From Sphingobacteriales bacterium JAD_PAG50586_3 (GTDB lineage Bacteria > Bacteroidota > Bacteroidia > CAMBQF01): a DNA stretch of 64,000 nucleotides. A program made the position numbers and the translations under genes. Shown here one piece after another: positions 19,106 through 29,425 of the stretch. The first letter of the stretch is position 1. The number at the start of each line of letters is the position of its first letter. The notes under the pieces are model-generated. The model ran no database searches. It was given only the letters and a program-made list of their open reading frames with translations, and was not told where the DNA came from. The DNA is taken from positions 946,616 to 1,010,615 of the forward strand of contig CP096135.1 in the NCBI GenBank assembly GCA_023213195.1. Direction: 5' to 3'.

Positions 19106-20569
19106 TTATAAATCAAATTTAACCAATTTAATGCTCTTTTTGTATCTTAAATGCCAAGGCAGATAAAAGTCTCCATCTTTATCAAATTCGCCAACTTTAC
19201 CAGTATCCTGACTGTAGTTTTTCATCATATCTTCCGTAGTTGTACCTTTTATAGTTGTTTCGGTTAATCCCCCTTTAGAATCAAACTTAAGCAGGTAGTA
19301 GCCAGGATCTTTAGTTTCTGAATACGAACGCATTACCACATTAAAATCATCGCCCTTTTGTTTAAAGTATGATAGCGTGTAGTAGTATTGAGTCAAATTA
19401 TCGCCGCTATTGGCGTTATATGTCCATTTTATATCATCCCCATCAAAACAGGTAATATTCATTTGGTTGTATATCGTTACTGGAAAACCATCGCGGTTAG
19501 AGTATTTACAATGGCGAATAAAAACCGCTTTAAAATCATCTTTCCCTTCGTATACACTATCTACACGGCAATACTGAATTGCTTCGGAATGGCCTTTTGG
19601 CGCAGGCAAATTCATCTCATCTCCAAAAGGGTAAATTTTAGGATTGTTTATTTCTGATATACTGGTAAGTTCTTGGGTAAAAAAGCCTTTAAACTCTACA
19701 TCATCGCCTGTTTGGTGCATAGACACACCTAATAGCAGAGGTTCTCCTCCATCGTAAAACAATTTCGCATCGGCCAGCCAGTTGCCTGAGCCCAATTTAC
19801 ATTTAACCTCAGAAAACTTGCCGTCTTTATCCATCTTATGCACCATACACATGGTATTATTGCCACTACCTAAACGGTCGGCAAGGTTGGTTACCACGTA
19901 CATTTCGCCGGTTTTATCGTTAAAGGCGCATTGCAAATCGTAGTAATACTGTAGCTTAGGTATCTCCAGTGTTTTTTCATCAATTACCTCCAGCTTATCA
20001 TTTAAAAAGGTAAACTGTTCGGTAAATTCTCCTTTAGCATCGTAGCACTGTAAAAATATAAACGGCCTTTCTTTACTAGTAGTGGTTATTATACGCTCAT
20101 CTACCGGAAAGCTGCCCTTCATGGTAATAATCTGTTTTTTCTCGGCTTTGCTGGCTATTGCTATGCGGTTTACCTCGTTTCCATCCTTATCTATCTCTAT
20201 TAAAAAATAGTTAGCCACATCTTCTTTTTGAGGCTTGTCTTTAAATAGCAAATAGGGTTTATTGTTTAGTATGTACATATTTACATACCAAGAGTTTTGA
20301 AAGAACTTACGCTTTTCTGTTGGGTAAATAACTTTCAAATACAGCAACTTCATGGTTGCCTTATCATATTTTTCTAAAGTATAATCTATATACGATGCCC
20401 ACGCCTGCCCCCGTAGCACATATACACAATTTTCGGTTTCATCAACAAGGGTAGTTAGCACCACTGCTGCCGATTTATCTAATTCGCTGGCGGCGCTGGG
20501 CTTTGCGGTTTGTGCATTAACAGTAACAACCGCTAAAAGCAATACAAGCAGGACGCTTAGGTTTTTCAT
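19106..20569 (-). CDS. secreted protein of unknown family, paralog A
   Basis: Signal peptide MKNLSVLLVLLLAVVTVNAQT. VYVLRG, LEKYD and C-terminal …IKLVKFDL. Confidence 0.55.
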   Translation of the reverse strand: MKNLSVLLVLLLAVVTVNAQTAKPSAASELDKSAAVVLTTLVDETENCVYVLRGQAWASYIDYTLEKYDKATMKLLYLKVIYPTEKRKFFQNSWYVNMYILNNKPYLLFKDKPQKEDVANYFLIEIDKDGNEVNRIAIASKAEKKQIITMKGSFPVDERIITTTSKERPFIFLQCYDAKGEFTEQFTFLNDKLEVIDEKTLEIPKLQYYYDLQCAFNDKTGEMYVVTNLADRLGSGNNTMCMVHKMDKDGKFSEVKCKLGSGNWLADAKLFYDGGEPLLLGVSMHQTGDDVEFKGFFTQELTSISEINNPKIYPFGDEMNLPAPKGHSEAIQYCRVDSVYEGKDDFKAVFIRHCKYSNRDGFPVTIYNQMNITCFDGDDIKWTYNANSGDNLTQYYYTLSYFKQKGDDFNVVMRSYSETKDPGYYLLKFDSKGGLTETTIKGTTTEDMMKNYSQDTGKVGEFDKDGDFYLPWHLRYKKSIKLVKFDL

Positions 20570-20599
20570 AGTTAGTTAAACATGTAAGTTATTGGGGCA

Positions 20600-20650
20600 C
20601 AATATTAAATCAAAAAAGGATATGCACTAATGCATACCCTTTTTTTATTT
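20600..20650. terminator. hairpin plus T-run (bidirectional) downstream of icd
   Basis: aaaaaaggatatgcactaatgcataccctttttttatttttc. Confidence 0.45.
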
Positions 20651-20692
20651 TTCAACGGAAACAAGCAAGCCTTGAAATCCTTAGTATTATCT

Positions 20693-22137
20693 CTATTTAC
20701 CGCGACCTAACGAGAAAGCGTCTTTGCCATCAAAAGTGCAAAGGTTTTCTGTTTTAATAAAGTCGATACCGGCATCGGCAAGGCGGCCTAAAAGACCTGC
20801 AATTGCTTTGTGGCTGGTAGTAGAATCAGACAAGTAACGAACCACAAAATGGTCGGTGCAGAAAGTTTCTACGTTACCGCCCGGCCACACCTCGGTACCA
20901 CGGTTGGTAATTACTTTAAAGGCCAAACCATCGCCATTTAGCGGGGTTAGTTTCTCTACTAACTCAGGCGCAGTGCCGTTGTGGTGGAAGAACACATCAA
21001 CACCAACAGTTTCTTTTTACCTGCGCTTTTGCGTACCACAGGTTTAAGGTTCATTGGGGCTTTAGCAGTAGCGTAGCTAACGGCTTTAAATTTGGTAGGC
21101 TTTTGGCCAACGCGTGCAATAACAGCATCGGCAAACTCCTTAGTACCTACTTTCTCAGTAGATAAACCTTCTTTGAAGATGTCGTAAGTATGTACACCGT
21201 CTTCTAAGGTTTTTAACCATGCGTTGTGAACGTTCTCAGCAGCTTCAGTCTGGCCAATGTGTACAAGCATTTGTACAGCGCCTAACAACAGACCCGATGG
21301 GTTAGCCATATTTTGGCCAGCGCGGCGTGGGGCCGAACCGTGGATAGCCTCGAACATAGCACAGTTAGGGCCTACGTTAGCCGAACCTGCTAAACCAACA
21401 GAACCGGCAATTTGGGCGGCAATGTCAGAAATAATGTCACCGTAAAGGTTAAGCGTAACAATTACGTCGAACAACTCAGGGGTGTCGCTCATTTTGGCTG
21501 AGCCTATGTCAATAATCCAGTGTTCTTTTTCAATTTCAGGGTACTCAGCACCTATCTCGTCAAACACCTGGTGAAACATACCATCGGTTTGTTTCATGAT
21601 GTTGTCTTTAGAGAAACAGGTTACTTTTTTACGGCCGTATTGTTTAGCATATTCAAACGCGTAACGAACGATTTTTTCGCAGCCCGGGCGAGAGATTAGT
21701 TTTAAGCACTGTACAACCTCATCGGTTTGTTGGTGCTCAATACCGGCGTAGGTATCTTCCTCATTTTCACGGATGATAACCAAATCCATATTAGGGTATT
21801 TGGTATCAACATACGGGGCGTAAGCAATGCATGGGCGAATGTTAGCATACAAGCTAAGCATTTTGCGGGTTGTTACGTTTAAGCTTTTGTAGCCACCGCC
21901 TTGTGGGGTTGTAATAGGGGCTTTTAAGAATACTTTGGTACGGCGTAGGCTGTCCCAGGCTTCGGGGGCAATACCGGCAGCATTACCGCTAAGGTAAACC
22001 TGCTCACCAATTTGTATTTCTTCAATTTCAAGTTGTGCACCGGCTGCTTCCATAATGCGCAGGGTGGCATCCATAATTTCAGGACCAATACCATCGCCTT
22101 TAGCAACGGTAATAGGAGTTTTAGTTGACATATCCAA
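20693..22137 (-). CDS. icd: isocitrate dehydrogenase (isocitrate/isopropylmalate dehydrogenase family), two ORF fragments with a frameshift near 21000 (ttcttttt run)
   Basis: NLYGDIISD hallmark motif, GSAPRRAGQNMANP. The C-terminal 100 aa continue in another frame. Confidence 0.75.
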
Positions 22138-22139
22138 TT

Positions 22140-22945
22140 CTTTTAAAATGCGCGCAAATATAGCGGTTTATTGTTTACTACAGTATTTAGTTTCCTTTTT
22201 AAGTCCCCCTCACTCCTTTAGGAGAGGGGGATTTAGGGGTGAGGGAAAGCCACTAAACCCCGCATCGCTGTAAATAAAAGAGCATGTTTTGGACCCTCGT
22301 TTTTAAACTCCCCTACTTTTTAAGCCTGCCCAGACACGAATGTCGTCAGGGGAGGGGTGGCCTTTAGGCCGGGGTGGTTACATCCCTAAAACCCGCATCG
22401 CTGCAAGATAAAGCGCACGTTTTGAACCCTCGTTTACCTCACCCAGCCGCACCCAATTTCCATTGGCTGCGACACCCTCTCCCGGCGGGCGAGGGTAAAA
22501 ACCGATAAGCCCCTCAAAATATCACCTATCTTAAAGCCACAGGGCTGTAAAATTTTTTTCAAAATGAACTTGACATTTTATATTTCTACAGTTTAAAACG
22601 TCCGATAAATCCTCCATCCCGTTTCTTTCAATTTTTGTCAAGTAGTTTACCCCAATTAAAGCCAAGGGGCTGTAAGAAAAAATTGCAAAATGAACCCGTC
22701 ATCCCGAACTTGTTTCGGGATCTATAAATTCACAGAAGCAACATCGAAAATGTAAAGTATCAGGCATAGTTTAGTTGTGCTTGCTAATGTCGACAATTCA
22801 TCTTCGGGACAATAGATTTTTCGTTTTTCATTGTTAGTTTTTAGTTTCCTACAAAGATACAACCCCAGGTACCCGTTTGTCAAGATTAACTTTTAAGTCC
22901 CCTGCTTTTTAAGGGGTAGCCTTTAGGCGTGGTGGTTACATCATT
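22140..22945. repeat. non-coding repeat island 1: mosaic of short dispersed repeat modules (R1, R2, R3) with GC-rich hairpins
   Basis: No ORF over 60 aa. Modules are shared with island 2 (47170-47975) and with 26690-26732. See findings. Confidence 0.6.
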
Positions 22946-22948
22946 TTT

Positions 22949-23575
22949 TTAGCTATTTGATTTGTAGGTAAATTTCAAATTTGCCCAATCTGTCTCAGCC
23001 TCAACTGAATAACAAATTCCATTAAGATATGCATAAGTAGTTTTATTTCCATTTGGTAAATACATTACATACCTATTGTTGCCAGCGTTTTTTATAGGTA
23101 TCATTCGTTGAAATTTTTCAGAAAAGATAGAGTTCACATTTACAGGTTCATAAAAATAAAGGCATGCAGTTGTTAAGAGTATGGGATTATTGATAAAACC
23201 GTTATGGCCATTTTTATCAAAGCAACTATAAAATCTTCCATTCCAGGTTATGAGATTATTTACTTCTACTTTATTATTTGTTGTTCGATATAATTTTGCC
23301 TCTTGCAAAATATTCTTATTAAATTTCACGCTCATCTTATCATAAAATTTTATATTAAATAACAAGAGGTTCACTCTTGCATTCGATTCAAAAAAATACT
23401 CTGTAACATCATTATTTGTACTTTTTATAATGTGTATTTCACCAATTGCTTCATTACCTTTTGTAATTGTGTAGGTTAGGTTCTTTCTGTTATTTATATA
23501 GCTTGAAGCTTCTGCGAATTGAAAATTCATAATGCAGATTAAAAGCAGGATTATAATGTTTTTTAATTGTCTCAT
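22949..23575 (-). CDS. hypothetical secreted protein (AT-rich)
   Basis: 208 aa with signal peptide. No recognisable motif. Confidence 0.4.
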   Translation of the reverse strand: MRQLKNIIILLLICIMNFQFAEASSYINNRKNLTYTITKGNEAIGEIHIIKSTNNDVTEYFFESNARVNLLLFNIKFYDKMSVKFNKNILQEAKLYRTTNNKVEVNNLITWNGRFYSCFDKNGHNGFINNPILLTTACLYFYEPVNVNSIFSEKFQRMIPIKNAGNNRYVMYLPNGNKTTYAYLNGICYSVEAETDWANLKFTYKSNS

Positions 23576-23618
23576 GATTTCATTGTTTTTATTGGTTTAT
23601 AATGATTTATTTGTGTGT

Positions 23619-24598
23619 TTAAATGTTTTTTACTGTATATTTATCTGTGAAGTATATAATTGCGTCTTTAATTGCATCCTCAACCGGAGTATATTCTAAT
23701 TCCAATTCTGAAATAGATTTTTTGTTTGTATAGAAATTGTCAATACAAAGTATTTTCATATTTGTACTGCTTATGCTTGTTTTAATTTTACAAAACCTTA
23801 AAACGTCGCCTAAATACCCAATTCCTATTAATATTTTTTTTGGGATTTTTAACATTAAAGGGCGTTGATTAGTGATGTTATTTAGTTTTCTAAAAAAATC
23901 AACATAACTAAGATTTTCATTTACAATAAGATAGTTTGCTCCATATTTCTCTTTGGATAAGCTCAAAATGATGCCCTTAGCCACATCTTTAACATGAACA
24001 AAATTTTTCCCGCCTGACGGATAAAATATTATTTTCTTTTTCCAACCCATTAAAATTATTTTACCAGAACTTGGCTTTGTATCAAATGCTCCAAGCATAA
24101 AACCCGGATTTATAATTATTACATTTATCTTGTCTTGGTGCTGTAACAGATTTTTTCAGCTTCCAATTTACTTTGAGCATAAAAGGAAGATTGGAATGGC
24201 GATTTTATTTTACTTTTTTCTGTTCCTAAATCATTTAATGAGCCAAATCCCAATGTGTTTGCTGTGCTTACAAAAACAAATGTTTTTACTTTACAAAGAA
24301 TGGCGGTATTTTGGAATTGTGAGGTAGCATTACAATTGATTTTCCAATAATCCTTATAGTTGATTATGTTCTGACTTGTTTCTGCGGCAATATGAATAAC
24401 AGTATCTACATCTTTTAGAATCAGTGTAAAATCATCAAACAAATCCCCTTCAATTAGTTCTAAATTGGGATGTAATGGCCCTTCAAATTTTGATTTGTTA
24501 CGTATTAATCCTTTTACATAATATCCTTTTTCTAACAAATCAAATGCAAGGTTCGTACCTAGTAGTCCATTAATGCCTGTTACAAATACTTTTTCCAT
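23619..24598 (-). CDS. NAD-dependent epimerase/dehydratase-family protein (extended SDR), two fragments with a frameshift near 24100-24125
   Basis: N-terminal Rossmann VFVTGINGLLGTNLAFDLLEKGYYV. The C-terminal half is in another frame. Confidence 0.55.
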
Positions 24599-24599
24599 A

Positions 24600-25391
24600 T
24601 TAAATTTCTCTTTTGATTGCATTTGTCATTAAAGGCAATCTTATCCAGATGGGTAAAAGTTTTAAAAGTGCATAGCTGAAAGGGTTCACCATAATTACAG
24701 TGTCTTTTCTAAATAGTTGTTGAATACAATATTTAGCCACTTTTGCAGGATCTAGCAATGTTAATTTCCCCAGTAACCCTTGTTTTTCTATCCTAGCTTT
24801 TACCTCATTATTTGTTTTCATTGCTCCCGGGTTTACAACACTTACAGATACAATGGAGTCTTTAAGTTCTTCAGATAACCCTCTGGTAAAGGAATGAATG
24901 AAACTTTTTGAGGCGGGATATACAGTCTTGTAACCAATGGGCGAAAAAGCTGCCATACTTGATACATTCAGAATATATGATTCTGTTTGTTTCATTAGAT
25001 TGGGCAGTAACTTATGGGTAATTATGGAGGTTGCCACCACGTTTACCTGCATAATCGTATTGATATAATTTACATCGGCATCTATAAATTTTTTAGTGCC
25101 ACCTACTCCAGCATTATTGATTAGAATATTAATGTTAAAGTGCTTATTTAGCCAGTCGGTGAGGGCTATTACATTTTGGGTTTGAGCCAAATCCGTTTCG
25201 TAATAATAGGTTTTCACACCATATCTGGTAGCTGTTTCGGCAGCTAAAATGGAAATGCTTTCATTTGGCAGACTTACCAGAATGACATTTATTTTTCTGG
25301 TAGCCAACTCTGTTACAAAAGCCTTACCCAATCCTTGGCTGGCTCCGGTTACTATCGCAAATGTTTCTTTTGTTTGAACTTCTGCTTGCAT
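24600..25391 (-). CDS. SDR-family short-chain dehydrogenase/reductase
   Basis: FAIVTGASQGLGKAF… NAG…, YPASK catalytic motif. Confidence 0.8.
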   Translation of the reverse strand: MQAEVQTKETFAIVTGASQGLGKAFVTELATRKINVILVSLPNESISILAAETATRYGVKTYYYETDLAQTQNVIALTDWLNKHFNINILINNAGVGGTKKFIDADVNYINTIMQVNVVATSIITHKLLPNLMKQTESYILNVSSMAAFSPIGYKTVYPASKSFIHSFTRGLSEELKDSIVSVSVVNPGAMKTNNEVKARIEKQGLLGKLTLLDPAKVAKYCIQQLFRKDTVIMVNPFSYALLKLLPIWIRLPLMTNAIKREI

Positions 25392-25523
25392 AAACTTAAA
25401 TTTTATGAAGCAAAAGTATAATGAGCATAGAGCCTGAATGCTCTGGTTTATAACAGTGAACGCATTGAATTAAGTTTGTAACCTAATGGTAATAAATACT
25501 TTACATAAACCCTATGGGTGAGT

Positions 25524-26630
25524 TTATAAGGTTGAACTGCTTTTCTTGAATTCTGATGGAGTTTGATTGGTCAACTTCTTAAACGTAGTATTAAAAGCTG
25601 TTTTGGAATTAAAGCCCACCTCAAAGGCTATACCCAGTATTGAATATTGATCCATTTTTGAACTAAGCAGCAGTAATTTGGCTTCCTCAATTCTGTACTT
25701 ATTAATAAAATTGAAAAAATTTAAATTGAAGCCGGAGTTAATGATGTAGGATAATTTGTGAGTAGTTGTGCCAAATAATTCCGCAAGTTTTACTAAAGTA
25801 AGCTCAGAATCAAGATAGGGCTTTTGGCTGAGCATAAATTGAGTTAATTGTGCTTTTAGGTTAACTAATTCTTCATCCGATATAATCTTCTTTTTAGCAT
25901 CACTAACTTCAATTTCATCGCTCAAGGATATAATTTCTTCAATGGCTTTTTCTTTAAAAGGGTAGATTTCCTTTTGCCTCAATGAATGAAAAGCAGTATA
26001 ATAAATTATCAGGAGGCTTAAAATATTCATAATCAGGTCTAATCGCTCCAAACTAAAAAGAATATTGTAAAAGATAACTGTTATGACTATCAAAAGAATC
26101 GCAATAATGATCCTTTTAAGCTAGGAGAGATCAATTTCCATTTTTTGAGAAGAATACATCATAACAACCTTTTGGTGCTTTCTTACTTTGTAATAAGAAG
26201 CCAGAGTATAGAAGAGTGTCTGGCTAAGCATCAAAAAAATAAGTATATAGTTAATAGTCAGGGAATTTGACTTGGCAAAGAAATAAAGTAAAATAATGTA
26301 ACCAATGGGGAGAATGAGATGTTGCGGGATTGCCTTTTTAAATTTGAAGCTTGGATTAGAATAAAATACAACGGTAAAATAAAACAGAATTGGTGTAAAG
26401 TATTGCACGCCCCTTAATAACAGTTGCCAATTTTGGTTTAGCTCTACACCGTAAACAAGAAATACTATTTCATCTACCCAGAAAAATGCCCACAGAAGAA
26501 AATATACTCCAAGCAATCGGTTAGCAATTTTGTTTACCTTAAATATATTAACCTGATTCAAAAATGAAAGCAGCATTAGTGAACCAAAGTTTAAAATCAC
26601 AAACAAAGAAGCTAATTTGTCAAATATCAT
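25524..26630 (-). CDS. AraC-family HTH transcriptional regulator with an N-terminal multi-TM sensor domain, interrupted by an in-frame TAG (26121-26123)
   Basis: C-terminal AraC HTH (…LAELFGTTTHKLSYIINSGFNLNFFNFINKYRIEEAKLLL…GFNSKTAFNTTFKKLTNQTPSEF). The upstream 169-aa TM ORF is in the same frame through the TAG. Confidence 0.5.
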
Positions 26631-26832
26631 ATTTTATTACTTTGTGTTGCCGAACTTAATTTTTTCATTACGTATCATCGGGGTGAGGCCCTACAAAGAT
26701 ATAACCCACTACCCCTTTGTCAAGAATAAGTTCCGCTCTTTATTTAAATTAAACCCTTTACCCCCTTATCTGTTTGTGGTATTGCGCTCTGGCAATTGCA
26801 CGTTGCAAATGCCTACCTTTGCACCCTATATA

Positions 26833-27563
26833 TGGCAAATAACCCACCTGTAAAACCGTACGATAACCCCAACCTTACTAAGAAAGAAGAGGTTGCCCTT
26901 ATGTTTGATACCATATCGGGCCGGTACGATTTTATGAACCGATTTTTATCCCTAGGCATTGATAAGCTGTGGCGCCTTAGGCTTCTTAAAAAACTACGCA
27001 AGCAAAATCCTGAAAATGTGTTAGATATAGCCACCGGCACTGCCGATTTGGCCATACTGGTATCTAAACACGCTAAAAACGTTATTGGGGCAGATATATC
27101 GGAAGGTATGCTGGCCGTAGGGCGAGAAAAGGTTGCCAAGCGCAAAATTACCAATGTTACCCTGCAATATGGCGATAGCGAAAACCTACCCTTTGCCGAT
27201 AATACCTTTGATGCCATTACCGTAGCCTTTGGGGTGCGTAACTACGAGAACCTTGAAAAAGGCCTTGCTGATATGCTACGTGTATTAAAGCCCGGCGGCA
27301 TGGTTTATGTATTAGAATTTTCGCGCCCGCGCAAGTTTCCTGTAAAGCAGGCATACTTTTTTACTTTAACAACGTTTTACCCCGATGGGGCAAAGTTTTG
27401 TCAAAAGACACATCGGCATACACGTATTTACCCCAATCGGTAAAAGCCTTTCCTGATGGCGAAGACTTTACGGCTATATTAGAAAAATGTGGCTTTACCG
27501 AAACTAAATTTGATTTTTTGAGTAATGGCATTGCCGCCTTGTATACGGCAGTAAAGAAATAAA
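26833..27563 (+). CDS. ubiE: demethylmenaquinone / ubiquinone C-methyltransferase UbiE/MenG, with a frameshift near 27350-27440
   Basis: SAM-MTase motif VLDIATGTADLA plus UbiE signatures. The true C-terminus (…FPDGEDFTAILEKCGFTETKFDFLSNGIAALYTAVKK*) is in another frame, ending at 27563. Confidence 0.75.
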
Positions 27564-27569
27564 TACCGT

Positions 27570-28288
27570 TTGAAACGAATAATAGCCATACTAGTAAGTC
27601 TGTTACTTGTGTTGGGGCCGCTAAGCGCCCAGCGACGCGAGATTATAAAGAACTTGCCTAAATACGACAGGCAGGTTATTCACTTTGGCTTTATTTTGGG
27701 TATGAATACCATGAACTTTGTGGTAAAGCAAAACCCCAACATCAAATCGTACGACTCTGTATACGTGGTTGAAACCCAAGGCGAAACAGGTTTTTCGCTG
27801 GGCATCGTGTCTAACCTGCACATTGGCAATAACTTAGACTTACGTTTTCTTCCCGGCCTGTCATTCGGTACACGCAATATAGAATACACCCTGCGTACGC
27901 ATTTTAACGGTACTGCCACACAAACCCCGTTTGTAAAAAAGGTAGAGTCTACCATCCTGGAGTTTCCATTGTTAATGAAGTTTAAATCTAACCGCTATGG
28001 CAACATGCGGGCCTATATTATTGGCGGCGGCAGGTACTCTTTAGACCTTGCATCGCAAGCCAAGGTGGTTGATGAGGGCAAGCAAACCATTAAGTTATAC
28101 CGTAGCGATTATATGTGGGAACTGGGCTTTGGGTTCGATTTTTACCTGAGTACTTTAAGCTATCGCCCGAAATTAAGGTGGCCTATGGCTTTAGAGATTT
28201 GCTAAAACGAGAAGACCACCTCTTTAGCCAAAGTGTAGATGCCTTACGCTCTAAGACAATCTATTTCTCTTTAACGTTTGAATAGCCT
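27570..28288 (+). CDS. outer-membrane beta-barrel (porin-like) protein, with a frameshift near 28160-28200; true C-terminus …IYFSLTFE*
   Basis: Signal peptide followed by alternating beta-strand pattern. The 3' end is read in another frame through 28288. Confidence 0.5.
28221..28288 (+). repeat. direct repeat copy A (~68 bp, ~94% identical to 29313-29380)
   Basis: ctttagccaaagtgtagatgcctt[a/g]cgctctaagac[a/c]atctat[t/c]tctctttaacgtttgaata. Coincides with the 3' end of the OMP gene. Confidence 0.7.
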
Positions 28289-28316
28289 TACAAACAAATT
28301 ATTGCCCACGGCAGAC

Positions 28317-29228
28317 CTATTCTACCACCAATTTTTGGCTATAAATAATACCCTTATGGTTAATACAAACCGTGTAAAGTCCGCTAGGGTATTGACTAAA
28401 TAATAATCCATCTGGTTGAACCTGCTTAGTTTCTACCAGCCTGCCTTGCATATCATAAATATGGATGATAACCACATCGTTAAATGGGGGTTTTACCATA
28501 AAAGAGCCCAACGTGGGATTAGGGTAAATTAATACCGGACTTTTATTGGTTTCTTTAATTATTGTAAGAAAAGGATTACATGGGCGCTCATCAGGGGCAT
28601 TCCAAAACCCAATTTGTGCACAATCGCTATAACAGATTAGCTTGCGCGGTATAGCTATATTTTCAGGTAAGTAATATTGAGGAAACAAGAATGTTTCAGC
28701 ACCTAATTTGTCATACACCTTAATAACATCCATGTTATCAGGGGTTAATCCAAAACCGTAAGCAGAAGGGTATTTATTTCGTATAAATAAAACCCTAAGC
28801 GTATCATTATTAATAACCTCATACCCTGTAGAATCCACATAAACCGTAATGGTGTCTACAAAAGGCAAAGATGTATAATACGTTGGTGTTACCCATGTGT
28901 CGCCGGGTGCAGCATTAAAATTATATAAAATTGAATATGTGCCTTGGGGCGACCTCCAAAATATGGTATCACCTCCCATACTTTCATACAAGTAAATAAT
29001 TTTGCTTCCATCTACTATTTTAGTTACCGTTCTATTTATAACAGAATCATAAACAACATTAGTAGGGTAGCAAGTAATTGTTTTATCAAAAATCATGGTG
29101 TCTTCTTCAAATACACTTTTACATTTATACGTCCAGCTGCTTGGGGCGGGGGCAAAATGTTGTGCAGTAGCATTTGCCCATATTAGTAATAATAAGCCAA
29201 AAGCTATTTGTTTTAAGTATGCTATCAT
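28317..29228 (-). CDS. T9SS C-terminal sorting-domain (Por_Secre_tail) protein of unknown function
   Basis: Signal peptide. C-terminus IYPNPTLGSFMV…IHIYDMQGRLV…GLYTVCI…KLVVE is a canonical T9SS CTD. Confidence 0.7.
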   Translation of the reverse strand: MIAYLKQIAFGLLLLIWANATAQHFAPAPSSWTYKCKSVFEEDTMIFDKTITCYPTNVVYDSVINRTVTKIVDGSKIIYLYESMGGDTIFWRSPQGTYSILYNFNAAPGDTWVTPTYYTSLPFVDTITVYVDSTGYEVINNDTLRVLFIRNKYPSAYGFGLTPDNMDVIKVYDKLGAETFLFPQYYLPENIAIPRKLICYSDCAQIGFWNAPDERPCNPFLTIIKETNKSPVLIYPNPTLGSFMVKPPFNDVVIIHIYDMQGRLVETKQVQPDGLLFSQYPSGLYTVCINHKGIIYSQKLVVE

Positions 29229-29312
29229 GTTATCAGCATTAATGTTGTGTAAAGCTACGTTGTTGATATAGCTACTGCAAAAACATTAAATCGTATTTAT
29301 CGGATAATGTAC

Positions 29313-29380
29313 TTTAGCCAAAGTGTAGATGCCTTGCGCTCTAAGACCATCTATCTCTCTTTAACGTTTGAATAAAAAAG
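29313..29380 (+). repeat. direct repeat copy B, followed by an intrinsic terminator (29383-29412)
   Basis: Duplicated 3' end fragment of the 27570 OMP gene (encodes …YFSQSVDALRSKTIYLSLTFE*), followed by aagcccctgtttccaggggctttt. Confidence 0.7.
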
Positions 29381-29425
29381 CCCCTGTTTCCAGGGGCTTT
29401 TGCGTAGTATCTTACTAAAAGGGTA

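Noticed and set aside
20693-22137. Global reassignment of TAG as a sense codon
   Set aside because: TAG functions as the natural stop of gdhA (…GVWP*), rnpA and the second Panacea gene at positions matching expected protein ends. Only four internal TAGs are seen, so reassignment is unlikely.
22140-22945. Possible CRISPR array in the repeat-rich non-coding islands (also 47170-47975)
   Set aside because: The repeats are of several different families, of unequal length, with irregular spacing and in both orientations. There is no uniform 28-48 bp direct repeat with similar-sized spacers, and no cas genes in the window.
28221-29380. Integron-like gene cassette (attC sites) or IS element with terminal repeats
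   Set aside because: The flanking repeats are direct copies of a coding 3' end, not imperfect inverted repeats or attC-like palindromes. No integrase or transposase is present. Reported instead as a duplication-flanked insertion.
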